A stretch of DNA of 64,000 nt, from the NCBI RefSeq assembly GCF_030144855.1, contig NC_082709.1, positions 149,234,001-149,298,000 on the forward strand, given 5' to 3'. This document shows positions 12,050 to 24,886 of this stretch, piece by piece. Origin of the DNA: Hypanus sabinus (taxonomy: Eukaryota). The notes beneath the pieces are model-generated. The model saw only the letters and a program-made list of their open reading frames with translations, had not been told where the DNA came from and made no database searches. The position numbers and the translations under genes were made by a program. Position 1 is the stretch's first letter. Each line of letters opens with the position of its first letter.

Positions 12050-12700
12050 CATAGAATCAGTTTAGAGTTGTGGTGTTTGAAATTATCCTTGCTGTAACAG
12101 GAGTCTGATGGTCGTAGGGTAATAACTGTCCCTGAACTTGGTGGTGTGGGACCCAAGGCTTCTGTACCTCCTGTCCAACAGTAGTATAGAAAAGAGAATG
12201 GCCCGGTTGGTGGGGGTCTTTAATGATGGATGCTATTTTCTTGTAGCAGCATTCCATGTAAATATACTCAGTGGTGGGAAGGGCTTTGACTGTGATGGAC
12301 TGGCCTGTATTCATTACTTTCTTTAACCTTCACCATTCCTGGGCACTACTGTTTCCATGCTGAGCCATGATGCAACTAGTCCGGATACTTTATACTGTGC
12401 ATCTGTAGAAGATCATCGGAATTTGTTGTGATATGCCAAAAATGCATAAACTTCTAAGAAAGTAAAGGCGCTGTTGTGCCTTCTTTGTGAAAACACTTAG
12501 GTGCTGGTTCCAGCAAATACTCTCTGATATATTAACACCAAGAAACTTAAAAGTTACTGTCTTCTCCACTCCCATTCCCCAAATAAGCGTCATCCTCCTG
12601 CAGTTGTTCTGCTCTTAGGTTTTGCTGATGCTCACTGAGAGACTAGTGTTGTGGCATCATTCAACCAGATTTTCAGTCTCTCTAAGATTCATCAGAATCT
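12050..12700 (-). mobile_element. Rex1/Babar-like LINE fragment
   Basis: FKFLGVNISESICWNQH...KKAQQRLYFLRSL and KIASIIKDPHQPGHSLF motifs. Confidence 0.65.
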
Positions 12701-12742
12701 TTGATTTGACCAACAATAGTGGTGGTGAAGTTAGAAGGTATG

Positions 12743-12973
12743 TGCTGTGTATTTAATATTTCAGTAATATTTGAGTAATACATTGATAAAGCATTCTTTG
12801 TTTAAATAATTAATTACCGGTTGTTTGTGAAGGTACGTAACTAGTATACGTCATCATGCCACCATGATATGTGCGTGCTTCACTTAAAGTAAACACAAAG
12901 ATTCACTTTAGTTGCGTTATTTTGGACTCCCTTGTTTTAATTTCAGTTAGTTTTTATGTTATAAAACATAACA
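12743..12973. mobile_element. Short solo LTR (231 bp)
   Basis: TG...ACA ends with 5-bp TSD GTATG (12738-12742 and 12974-12978). A related inverted copy lies at ~49477-49720. Confidence 0.7.
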
Positions 12974-13138
12974 GTATGCATTTTAAGTTGTAGTGAAGGA
13001 AGTGGGGTATGGACAAAAGGATGCAGATAATTCTAAACATAACATTTCATTTATTACATCTTTTAATTAAATGATTTTGCTTTATTTTAAAATGTTTTTT
13101 GTGAATTTTACAATTCAATTCTCTTTCAGTTTCAAAAC

Positions 13139-13158
13139 GTGTGTGTGTGTGTGTGTGT
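13139..13158. repeat. (GT)10 microsatellite
   Basis: Direct reading. Confidence 0.95.
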
Positions 13159-13289
13159 ATTTGTGTGCACGCGCGCCCTTAAGTCCTAGAGCTGTTGGGG
13201 CACTGTCATGACAAGCTTACAAGCTCTTTGCACCCATCTTTTTGGTGATTGCTCATCGTACGGCATGTCTTGTGCATCTGAAACCTGAT

Positions 13290-13430
13290 GGAGCCCATCC
13301 CTCTCCAGTTTTTTTTACAAGGTCGAGTTGCTAGCCACGGGTGGAGAGCATGCAAGGAAGCCGGCCAGGTTCGAACTCAGGACCTCTTGCGCCAAAGTCC
13401 AGCGCTGATGTCACTACGCCACCAGCTGGC
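13290..13430 (-). mobile_element. tRNA-derived SINE head
   Basis: The reverse strand has an A-box-like tggcgtagtg and a B-box gagttcgaacc. Same family as 51380-51670. Confidence 0.55.
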
Positions 13431-14895
13431 CATAGTATTATAAAGCAAGGCAAATAAGCCAAACTGACTGGGTAACCAGCTAGAGCTAGTTAAGTGAAGC
13501 ACGGTATATATAATGGTACAGATATGATGGACTTTAAATCTCTGAACTTAATGAAAAGCACTTTGTGTATTTGCATTGGGTTTCTACAGTAAGCTACTAG
13601 TGATGATAGACTTAAGATATTTAAGGTGATGAATATATGTAAGACAAGCAAGCCAAGTGAGGTGACATGTTGCAGCTGTCGTCTATTAAGACCACATCTG
13701 CCTGCGGTTACATGAACTTTGGTTTGGAGATGATGAGGTGGGATCAGAGATTTTGATGCTATGATGAGAATGAGAAAGTCCCAGGAAACATTGCACACTC
13801 CTTTGGTTAATTACTGTATATTTTATCAGTCAAGGGGATAAGAAAGTATGCCTATGAGTTGGGACAGGTGTGAGGATCCAGGAGTTAGTGTTTGAAGAGT
13901 CTCAGTTCCTGCACTTGTACGATGGATACAAGATTCTTGCAGTCTCTGCAGATAGAGCAGACATTGTAGATGGATGAGCAAACTGCCCCCAAAATCCACT
14001 CTTATGCCTTTGCCCATCTTCTGAATATTTCTTTGTAGCATATCTTAGTTTTGAGAAATACTTACATTGCATTTTATTTTGATGTCTTGTTGACCTCTGC
14101 AAACTAACAAACAAATCTGTATTATATAATAATGTGGACAAAAATATACATGGTCTGAGAGGGATATTGGGTGCAGATCTGTGGCTTCCCGAAAGTAAAT
14201 GGGGTAGAAGAGAAGTTGTCTGGGGTACTTGCCTTCATTTGTTGGGGTGTTGAGAATAAGAGCTGGTAAGTCGTATTGCAGTTGTATAAATATGCAGTTA
14301 TATATGGTTGGGTTACAGGAGAGGTTAAACAAATTCTGTTAGTCTTCTTTGCAGCATCAGGGCTGAGGGGCAACCCAAGAGAAGTCTATGAAGTTATGAA
14401 AGGCGTGTATCAATGGGTAATGAAAATCCTTGACCCAGGGTTGAAGTTAGAAATAACAGAGGGCATAGCTTTAAGGTGCAAGGTGGAAAGCTAAAAGGAG
14501 ATTTACAAGGAAAATATTTTACACCGAGAGTGGTAGATGCCTGGAACATGCAAAGTGGTGGAAGCAGATACAGTAACATCTGTGAGGCAGTTAGGTGGGC
14601 ATATGAACAGGCAGGAAATGAGAGATGCAGAACGTGTGCAGGTAGATGTGATTAGTTTGGATGAGTATTATGGTCAGCATAGACATCGTGAACCAAGGGG
14701 CCTATTCTTGTGCTCTACCTTTCTATGTTCTGTACATCTGATAGTCTTGTATCTAAATTTTTTTTTGTATATGAATGTATAGAAGCAAATATTAGAATTG
14801 AACACTTGAACATTATTATTTTACTCTGACCATTTGGAAGATGCTTTAAATGCTCAGTTTACTTTCTTCTAACCAATTGTTAATTTCTTTTCAGG

Positions 14896-14944
14896 ATGGT
14901 GTGCATCCTGGCTCTGGTGTGTTCCTTGTTGATTGTTCCTGTTG
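14896..14944 (+). CDS. B7/butyrophilin-like gene, signal-peptide exon (MVCILALVCSLLIVPV)
   Basis: Acceptor tttcag|G-ATG, 16 mostly hydrophobic codons and donor G|gtaagt. Phase 1 matches the IgV exon. Confidence 0.8.
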
Positions 14945-15239
14945 GTAAGTTATTCTCTGGATGAGGGTGATGCTGGATGTTTCAGTAGCCGCCTCACATT
15001 GCTGTATTACTATTCAAGACTACATTTCTTCAGCATGGAACACAGGGCAAAGAACTGTACAGGCCCATTATCCCATGATGATATGCTGACGTTTTAACCT
15101 ATTCCAAGACTGAAACGTCGACAGTGCTTCTCACTATAGGTGCTGCCTGGCCTGCTGTGTTCCACCAGCACTTTGTGTGTGTTGTTTGAATTTCCAGCAT
15201 CTGCAGATTTCCTCGTGTTTGCCATGTTTCTCACCCACA

Positions 15240-16250
15240 TTGTCCTGTGCGTTCCAAGCACTTAAAATTCTCTGTGCTTATTTAAAAAGCACCTCAGACA
15301 TAACCCTATACTTTCCTCCAATCACTTCTTGAACTCAATCCCTTGACTACCGAAGGCCAACACATCATAGACCACCTCACCTCGACTTGTATGGCAACTT
15401 TGAAGAACCTATGGATATGGATCACAAGATCCATCTGTTCCTCCACACTGCCAAAAATCCTTCCATTAACATACTTTGCTTTCAAGTTCGATCTTCCAAA
15501 GTTGAAATTCATCCGCCACCTCTAAGCCCAGCTTTGCATTGTATCAATTTCCCATTGTAACCTGTGACAGCTTCCTTCACCATATGTAACTCCACCAACT
15601 TAACATACTGTTCCGATTCCACATCTAAGTCGTTTTTATAAATAATGAAGAACAGCGGTCCCAGATCAGATCCCTGTGGAATACCATTAGACACGGATCT
15701 ACAGGCAGAATACACTCTATATACTCTCATCTTCTGCCTTCTGTGGACAAGCCAATTTCAAATCCATGCAGCCAAGATTCCCTGAATCCCATGCTCCTGA
15801 CTTTCTGAGTGACCTTACCATGGGAAGTCTTGTTGAATGCATTACTAAAATCCATATACACTGCTCTGACTTCAACAGTTAGTTTTGTCACTGACTCAAA
15901 GTCAATCAAGCTCACAAAACATGACATGTTCCTCACAAAGTCATGCAAATTATGTCTAATCAGGCTGTGTTTCTCCAAGTGCTTATAAATCCTCTCCAAA
16001 AGTTTGCCCATCACTGATGTAAAATCACTGTTCTATAATTCCCAGGGTCATCTCCATTACTTTCCTTGAACAAAGGAATAACATTTGTCATACTCCAATC
16101 TTCCAGCATTACTCCTGAGGCCAGTGAGGAAGCAAAGATCATCACTTACAGTAATATTGAAGATTGTTTCTAAGACCTTTAATTTTTGCCAAAGAGGCAA
16201 CATCATTTTGCCAAAGGTGGCATTGAAAGGCCCAGGGCATGGATTCAAAT
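15240..16250 (-). mobile_element. CR1-type LINE RT fragment
   Basis: YMDFSNAFNKTSHGK and SNGIPQGSDLGPLFFIIY motifs in broken frames. Confidence 0.75.
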
Positions 16251-17342
16251 TCTGTCAATGTGTGAAAATTTGAGTTGGAGTTTAAAGAGATGTGTGGTTT
16301 TGTTTCTACCTAATAGACTGTTGTTTGTAATTATGATACAACATTATCTTTAGCAGTTCATTTTCCATTTGTCGACTTATGGGGTCAACTGGGTCAATTT
16401 ATATTGAGGCTGTGGTAGAAATCCTTGTTAAATTTAGCAGTTTAACATGACAATTATTAGTTTTATTGCTATTTTTAACAGTGATCAATTGTAATTCCAA
16501 CCATATAGGACAACAGGTTATGTTCTTGTACTGCATATTTTCCAACTCTTTCTGAATCCAACACTCAAACCCATAGGGAATTTACTAAACCTCAAGAAAT
16601 CTGGTCATGATTTAAAACAAATTGCAAAATATACAACAATGCAAAGCCATGTTATTAACAAACTGAAAATACAGAATATTGACCAGTTCCAATTTTTATT
16701 ATAACCTGTTATTATTTGTGACATAGAAATGAAAGGAAAGGATGTGGACAGCCAAGTGAATTGAAATTGTGGATTTGTGGTCCTTTTCAGACAAACCGAT
16801 TGGGTGAAGTTTTAAATTGTAAGCACAAGGACATGGGCTCAAAGTCCTAGAATTTCCAGATCAGATTCCAATCATGCCATGAGGTTTTGTAATTCTTATC
16901 CAACTTTTGTTGAAGCAGAGAGATGATTTTGTGCGAGTTAAATCTGCTGGGAACAGTGTTCTTCTGTTGTGTAGAATACATCCTGTAAATTATAAATGTA
17001 AGTGTAAATGCAACAGTGTAATGGTAAAACCCAGCAAAGTACATACTAATATTTAGACAAGGTGTTGGAAGGATACAATTAAATTTTTAAAAGATAAATG
17101 GAATCAATCAAATTGGAGAAACTGGGAAATTCTGCAGATCATCCTTGTCCATTGCCCAAGTTCTTGAAGTGAGATGAATATCAGGCAAGGAATTTTCTGA
17201 AAGCAATTTGTAAATGAAAAATGTACCTTTTTTAGACTTGTGTTAACAATAGAAAAGCTTATCAGCTCAAACGTAAGTGAACATTTGAATTTTTCTCATG
17301 AATATTTTGTTTATAACTACATTATTTCTATCCTTTATTCAG

Positions 17343-17684
17343 ATGCATTCAAAGTTGAGTGTGAGCCCGAACCAGCTGCAGAAATTGGAAAAGATGTCAC
17401 GTTCAAATGTACATTTGATTGCCATGGTCATTGTACTCCAGCAGTGAAATGGGAGAAGAAAGCTGGCTCTGAAATTTTGTATGAGTACAAAGGAAGTAAA
17501 AGTGATTTCAGCAACCAGCATGCCAACTACACAAAAAGAATTCAAGTTGATGAAAATTCAGTTAATAACGGCGAAGTAATTCTTACATTGAAGAAGGTTC
17601 ATCTTTGGGATGAAGGAGATTACTTGATCTTTGTTAGCACTAATGGTGGATATAAAGAAGTATCTGTTCATCTGTCTGTTTGGG
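17343..17684 (+). CDS. B7/butyrophilin-like gene, IgV exon
   Basis: ttcag| acceptor and G|gtatgc donor, phase 1-1, 342 nt. AFKVEC...GKDVTFKC, C-strand W (AVKW), KRIQV, VILTLKKVHLWDEGDY and VHLSV are typical of B7/BTN V domains; the F-strand Cys is absent. Confidence 0.88.
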
Positions 17685-18470
17685 GTATGCCACCTATCTT
17701 GTTCTGCTCTCAGTGAGGGTGAAATCCACTTAAATTTAGTTTTTTAAAATTGTAATGAAAATAGTGGCAAGAAATAAAAGGGTTATGTTTTACTGACTAA
17801 CACTACCTTTTACAGAAGGCAGCAGCCTAAAAATATGGTGTTGCATTAAAGCTCATTGTAACAAAGTCTCTGAATTTGATAAAGGGCAACTTGGCCAGAA
17901 TTGTCAGTTGAAGGTCAGTGTGATTTTTCCTGGAAATAGTACCAAATGCAATTTACTCCTTGTTAAATCAATTTCCGATTGCAGTGTTGGGGAAAAAATA
18001 GCAGCACTCTGCTGTTAGGCTCCTGGCAATTAAAAAAGACATCACTTGTAGCATTAAATCACATTTTTCCTGTGTTCATCAATGCCATCACTGGGTATAT
18101 TCAAGGTAGAGGTCGATAGATTAGTGAGGGCATGAAGGGATACAGGGGAATAGATCTGCTATGATGGAATGGTGGAGCTGACTTGATGTCCTATTTCTAC
18201 TCCTATATCTTATGGGTCTTATCATCAAGACAGATGCCGTGGCATCATTGCTGACAGCTAATCAAGTCCTGATTACGAAAGATGTAGTTAGTAGATCTGT
18301 TGCAGGTCAAGTGATTAAACCAATCTGACCTTGTTTTAACCAGTCTCTTTGTTGCTGATGCAGTTTATAAACTGTTGTTAAAAAGCCCTGTGTTCAGATT
18401 GAGGACACCGTTATGTTGCATGTTCCGTAATTCTGTAACAATTAAATTGGGCAGCTTTAACACAGTTCAA

Positions 18471-18690
18471 GCAAAACACACAAAATGCTGGAGAAACCCA
18501 GCAGGCCAAGCAGCATCTACAGAAAAGAGTATGGTCGATGTTTCGGGCCCAGACCCTTTAATCCTGATGAAGGATCTGGCCCTGAAATGTCAACTGGACT
18601 CTTTTTTTTCCATAGACGCTGCCTGGCCTGCTGAGTTCCTCCAGCATTGTGCGTGATGCTTGGATTTCCAGCATCTGCAGATTGTCTGGT
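18471..18690. repeat. Long imperfect inverted repeat built from a widespread repeat end (Penelope-like, by recollection)
   Basis: cacaaaatgctggagaaacccagcaggccaagcagcatc ... gacgctgcctggcctgctgagttcctccagcattgtg. Half-copies recur at ~11150, 15140, 33050, 34490, 38455, 56650 and 56970. Confidence 0.6.
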
Positions 18691-20661
18691 ATTTGTGTTA
18701 CCACAGTTCAAATCTGTCCAGTTGTAGGCACCGTCAGCTTTCGGTGATGAACACGATTGTGTTCCACCAGAATCAGTAACATTGTATTTTAACCTAAGGA
18801 CCAACCTCTGTTCAGTGAGTGATGTATATGGACGTCCCAGAATATTACTAGGTAGAGCTCAAAAGGAAACATTCATCAGATGAAAATGCAAAATAGGAAT
18901 GTGGGCTAAGTCATATGCTATAGACAGTGCTAAGTTATCACTTGATAGAACACAGTTACATCTCTTCAGACACAGTTGGACAGGTGCAAAGATCGGAAAG
19001 GTTTAGAAGTTTATGGGCCAAAGACAAGAAAACAGGATTAGCTTGGATGGAGCACATTGGTCAGCATATAGCAGTGGGGCTGAATGGTCTGTTCCTGTGC
19101 TTTGTAACTTTATGTTTCTTGGATTAGTAAAAATCTTTGTAGTTTTACATCATGAATATCACCATCCTTAATGATTCTTCTCTGCCTCCTCTTGAGATCT
19201 TTACCATCTGTAAAATAGTCTTCAGTTGTTTTCATTCATTTCTTCATTCAATTAAGTCGATGGGTAAGGATGGTGATTATGCCATATCCCAGGCTATCTA
19301 CCGCAGCTGAGGGCAAAATGGAGAGACCTTTGCAGAAATTACACCCTATCATTTTTAGGTAATAAAGTGACAAATATTTCCCTATAGTCTGGACAGAATA
19401 AGAACAATCACATAATTCTGTGAAGCTTATGACTCTTCTCTAATACCTTGGCACTAGTAGCATTTCTACATGGAAACGCACTTAGAAATAGTTTTATGAG
19501 TAAAAATAGAACTATATTTTGGTTTGATGGCAATGGATGGAAAACCAAAAATGTTAAACAATACACAAAGAGCTAAGGCTTTTAGGTAAAGGTGTGAAAA
19601 TGCAATGTTTGATGCTACAGCAGTAGCAGATCAGATATGAAGTGAAGACAAAGATGGAATTCTGCCCAGTGGCTGTTATATTTATTTATAACACCATCAC
19701 TCCTGTGCCTTTTATAGAACAGCTATTGTTAGTCTCTAGTCCCAAAGGAATGGTGGTTAAATCATTCACTGGCTTGACTGGAGTCCGCATGGCACCAACT
19801 ATTCGCTGGCACTACATCTAGTGACTATTACTGATTTGTATAACACCCATTTCTATTTGAACTGGCCATTTAGTATGGCTGCTTGACGAGGAGCCTAGAT
19901 CAGATGTCCCTTGAATATCTTATAAGTGGTCCTGGCTCAAAGACATCGAACACTCTTCTGATAACTCATGGCTATTTTCTTCAGTAGAACTTGACAAGTG
20001 AAACTTCCAAGTTAGTTAATTTCATTGATCCAAACTATTACAAGGAATGAAGTATAGCTTAATGTATATTCTAAACTGGAATCTGCATTCTTAGTTAGCA
20101 AGATAATTTTTTCCTGTGTGTGCTGAATGCATTGGGTCACTTCAGCACAGAAGAGTGTGGAGGATTATGCACCAATGAAGGTGCTTGTTCAGTCTTCGAT
20201 TCACGTGTTATAAGAAGGAAGCTAAGATGTGCAGGTTATTTTCAATTGTAGCCCAGTTTATTTAAACTTAATGCCTCTACCAAGAAAATCTGCCTGAGAA
20301 TGTGCGTGGAATTAATATAGGAAAAGTGCAGTCTTACTTATTTATAAACTTTATATACCTACGATGCTCGTGGAAACAATGTGTTTATGAAAACAAAGTA
20401 AGCCAATGGAAAGAAGTCAGACCATTGTCTTATTTTGTTGCACATTTTGGGTAACTTTCAACTCATTCCAATAGATACTTATTTTCTCCAGAATATACAG
20501 TGCACTCTTGACTATCAGCTAAGTATAGAGAGTATCTTAAATATATAATTTTGCAGAGGATTATTGCTTTTCTGAAAACTAACATTTTGTATTGAAGCAT
20601 TTCAGTAGGATTCGTGTTCTTGTTGACCAGCTATAATTTGTGTTACTTTTACTCTTGGTAG

Positions 20662-20931
20662 CTAGTACAGATGGCATCCATGTTTTCTGGGATTCCAATT
20701 CAAATGTGCTGTCATGCCGGTCTTCAGGGTGGTACCCTGCTCCAGTCGTTACATGGAAGGACAAGCATGGGAATGAATTGTCAGCGCATGATGAAGTAAA
20801 ATTGAGAGAAAGTGATGGATATTTCAATGTGACGAATGATTTGAAAATAATTGACAAAATGAAACACTACATCTGCTCCAAGATTCATAAATGGATGACC
20901 GAGCCTAAGCAGACTCGAGTGATATTTTCAG
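20662..20931 (+). CDS. B7/butyrophilin-like gene, IgC exon
   Basis: LSCRSSGWYPAPVVTW...YFNVTNDLKI...YICSKIH motif characteristic of BTN/B7 C domains; acceptor ttggtag| (alternative in-phase acceptor gives start 20671) and donor G|gtaggt, phase 1-1. Confidence 0.88.
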
Positions 20932-21015
20932 GTAGGTTTATTTCTAAAGTTGTTACTTTAGAAAGTGTTAAATGAACATAATGAGCAGTAAGTCGGTACA
21001 TCTTATAAAACTATG

Positions 21016-21760
21016 CAGTGGATTCTAGTTACTTGGGCTTTCGGTTAACTGGGGTGTCTGCTTAGTTAGGACTACTATTAAGACCAAAAACTAATTAAGA
21101 AAATAGCCAAATACCCTTTGTTTATTTGTGACACCATGCCCCTTAATTAGGACAGGATACTTGCTGAACAGGTTCTAAATAGCACTTGTGTGGTTGTTAG
21201 ACACTATACCATGCTTAGCGTGAACTGTTTTTGAATAGCGTCAGTTGTGTGCATCTGTGTTCAAAAGTCAGTGACTTTTGTCACTGATGGCTGTCGAGAA
21301 ATAAGCAGTCAGGCAATTCAGAACTGTTTCGGTCACTGAGCCATCAAGCAAGAAATGGCGGGAGTGAAAAATGAAATTATTTCATTACTTCAAGTTAGGA
21401 AATACTGAGAATTTGTAGGTATGGGCAGTCATCTTGAATGTTACAATGCAAATGAAGTTTTGGAGTGTCCATTCATCAAAAGGCAGTTCATTATTCTGCA
21501 CTGATTTTGTTCATTGCATACACTGAATGAATTCCTCTGTTGGTAACTATTAAGAACCAATATAGAGTTTTATAGTACTGTAGTAGCATTGGTAGTCTTC
21601 CAGTTTGTTCTGAATTTCAGTTAAATACATACTTTGTTACTCAGTTTGTGTTTTTTACACCTTTTTAATGATTTCCATGAAATCTTGGCTAATTGGGACA
21701 GCAGGTTAATTGGGCTAAAATATACTGATCCTGATGTGCCTCAATTAATGGAATCCATTG
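21016..21760. mobile_element. Non-autonomous DNA transposon (Tc1/mariner-pogo-like MITE)
   Basis: Imperfect terminal inverted repeats cagtggattc...gaatccattg flanked by TG/TA. A partial inverted copy lies at ~41340-41620. Confidence 0.55.
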
Positions 21761-22105
21761 TACAAGGAGAAAGAAAGGAAGGACAAAAAGAGTAGAAACT
21801 GAGCGAGGCTGAAAATAGAGGAAATCTGGAAATATTTTAACGAGGCAGGAAATATCTTTAAATAACGTTGTGTTATTTAAGCATAACCTTTTACTACAAT
21901 CACTAGAAATTTAATTCCATAGATTTTTAAATCAGAAGTTAAAGCCCAACTTGAAATGTTAAGAAAAGAGCAAATTAAATAATGCTTATTAAGATTTAAG
22001 TGATAGTATTGGGAGAATTCTTGATAATTTCATAAATAACGGGATTAATGTTTAATTACAATAGTTACTTAATGTCAGTGCAGAGCTGGCTTAAGTTCAA
22101 GTAAA

Positions 22106-22340
22106 TCATAGAAACATAGAAAATAGGTGCAAGAGTAGGCCATTTGGCCCTTCGAGCCTGCACCACCATTCAGTATGATCATGGCTGATCATCCAACTCA
22201 GAACCCTGTACCTGCCTTCTCTCCATACCCCCCGATCCCTTTAGCCACAAGGGCCATATCTAACTCCTTCTTAAATATAGCCAATGAACCAGCCTCAACT
22301 GTTTCCTGTGACAGAGAATTGCACAGATTCACCACTCAAA
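22106..22340 (-). mobile_element. CR1 3' end fragment
   Basis: catagaaacatagaaaataggtgcaagagtaggccatttggcccttcgagcc is a typical inverted CR1 3' terminus. Confidence 0.6.
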
Positions 22341-24833
22341 AAAACAGCACAGTGTTATTGAACATAGTTTTAGTTTTGTGTGGAGTATATTAGTGTGTGT
22401 TTCCAGGTTACATTGCATTGCGTTACATCAGGAATTTTGTAGCCAGACTTTCTGTTGGAATTTGAACTTGTAGGTTAATATTGCTATGTCATTTTCCAGT
22501 GTTGTAACTTGATTTGTCCAAAATGACCTTCCTCATTCATTCACAGATATTCCAGCTTTTACCATTGCTGATTGCTTCATGCCTCTGTTACACACTCAGT
22601 TTTTGTTCTTTTCCAGTTTCCTACATAGCAGTCTGGACGCTGTCTTCCATTTCTGGCAGGTGAACACGATTGACAGAAGCACATTGTATAAATTTAGCTA
22701 TGGTTCAGGCTTTATGAAGCTCTTGAGTGACCTGAAGAGAAAATATTTTCTAGGACATCATTCTTGTGAATATGCCAGTAACCTCAGAGGTTTAAATCAG
22801 GGTATGTTAGCACAGTAAGTGCAGTTTCAGTGAGTGTCACTACAACGTTCACGATTAGTTAATCTTAGGAATTTGTTATAATGCTGTTATTGAAGGTCTT
22901 CTGATACGCAGTGTTGGTTGGAACTATAACAAAGAAAACGGGATCAAAACTACAATACGGGGGCGGCTGGAATGTGAGAACACAAAGGAGATACCATCCA
23001 GTAGAACAGCCTAGGTCAGGCTTATGGTCAGACAAAAGAAAATGAGCCAATATCCCGTAGGGTTCACCTGGCCTGATTTTATATGGATAAAGTGAGTTAC
23101 CCGATTTCTAGTCTGCACATGCCCAAATAGAAGATGAGGTGTCGCTCCCCAATCATGAATTGGATTACTTTGAGCAGAAGACTTTGTCACCTCTTCCTAA
23201 CTGCACCCATTGCATCATATCCTTGGATCAACCCTGGACTCCTCTTATCCTAAATACTCCCTTTGTTCTATTCATCCCACTGTCACTTCTCCCATACCTT
23301 GATACCAAACTGTTCTCTCCTTTCCAGTATCAACAAAGGATCTTCACAATTATATATTAATCCTGTCTCCACTTTTCTGATCTGCAGCACATTTCTGGCA
23401 CATGCTCTTTTTATTTTGTTTTGAGTTAGAAAGTGTATTTGTTATTTCTAATTATAATTTTAAAACTAGATTTTATTACATGCTGAAAATAAACTTGCGC
23501 CCTCTAATAGTTTTGGAGGAGGAAGATCAAGAAGCGAGAAATACGTTCAGATTAATTTATTTATCACATGTACTTTGAAGCATACAGTGAAATTTGTCAT
23601 TTGCGCTGACAACCAACACAGCTGCAGAGTGTGCAGAGACAGCCCACAAGTGTTGCCACACATTCCGGCACCAACGTAGTATGTCTGCTGTGATCAGCAG
23701 AACAACCCAAGCAACACCACCACCAGCAACAAAGCAAAAAAAACACTGCAAGAGAAGTCCCTTTCTCAACTAACAACCTACACACACATAGAGGCCTCCA
23801 ACCCCACCACCTCTGAGCTTCTGACCCCAGTCCTTGGCCTTGAACACTCAGAAGGCATAGACGTTGTGCCTCTAACCTCCAGCGCCTAGCCTAGACTCAC
23901 AGATGTTGAGCCACTGACTTCGGAACACGCTGATCGAGGGGCTTCAGATTTCAGGGCTTCAACCTTCATGCCCCAATCTTCGGACTCGCTGACTTTGCTC
24001 TTTGAACTTTGGTATTGACCCCAGGATTCACCAATCATGTGGGACCTTCATCTCTGAGCATAGACCTCCAGACTCGCGTGGACTTCCGAACCCGGGGCTT
24101 AATGGCCTAGGGACCAGCCAACCACAGTCCTTGACCTTGGGGATAGCTGATCTTCGTCCTCAGCGCGTCAGCCTGGACTATGACCACCAACCCCTGCCCT
24201 CACTCTTCATTTACAGGCCTTAACCTTTATCTCCCCGGCATCTATGTCCCGAAACCCAAGCCTGACATGTAGTTCTTAAATGTCCCCAAAACCATTCTTA
24301 AGAACCTCAAAGAAATGTCTGAGCCACAACTTGACAGACGTCGTAGCTTGGCACCATTTTGACTTGAAGTACACAAAATTAAGCATATATAGAACCTCAA
24401 GTAAATACAAATGAACCTATTTTGGTAAGATAATTCCACTTGAATATTGTACTGAGGAGATGTGTTAACTAAGTTTGGCACAATTGTAGGTCATGAGAAA
24501 CTTTAGAAATTATTAGTAATGCAGAATGACTGACAACTGTTTTTTGTTTTTCACTAACCAAGTGGTTTTCATCACTGAGAATTTTCAGGTAAGGTAACGA
24601 TTTTGTTGGTAGGAATGCAGAAAACTGAGGAAGTGCACAGAGTAAAATTGAGTTCAACTGTTGTAATGTGCTTTAGAATGATCAATGCTTATTTTAAATG
24701 TGGATATCTAAGGCTAATTAAGAAATACAGAATTACAATCAATTTAAGATTATTTCATTATGATAGCCCAGCTTATGTATACACAGTATTAGCAGAATAA
24801 ATGTTGACTTTTGTTCCTATTTGTATTTTTCAG

Positions 24834-24886
24834 ATGGAAAACACCTTATCCGTGTGGATAATGGAGAGAAACCATCAGATTTATAA
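24834..24886 (+). CDS. Candidate terminal coding exon of the B7-like gene (DGKHLIRVDNGEKPSDL*)
   Basis: Strong pyrimidine-rich acceptor ttgtatttttcag|. The phase-1 reading is open to TAA. No independent support. Confidence 0.3.

Noticed and set aside
17816-17913. Open exon-like segment EGSSLKIWCCIKAHCNKVSEFDKGQLGQNCQLK between the B7-like V and C exons
   Set aside because: It enters in phase 1 and leaves in phase 0, so it would frameshift the C exon. No domain similarity.
23511-23555. FWRRKIKKREIRSD* as a post-TM basic exon of the B7-like gene
   Set aside because: The acceptor is weak, there is no preceding in-frame TM exon, and the 3' end runs into a repeat.
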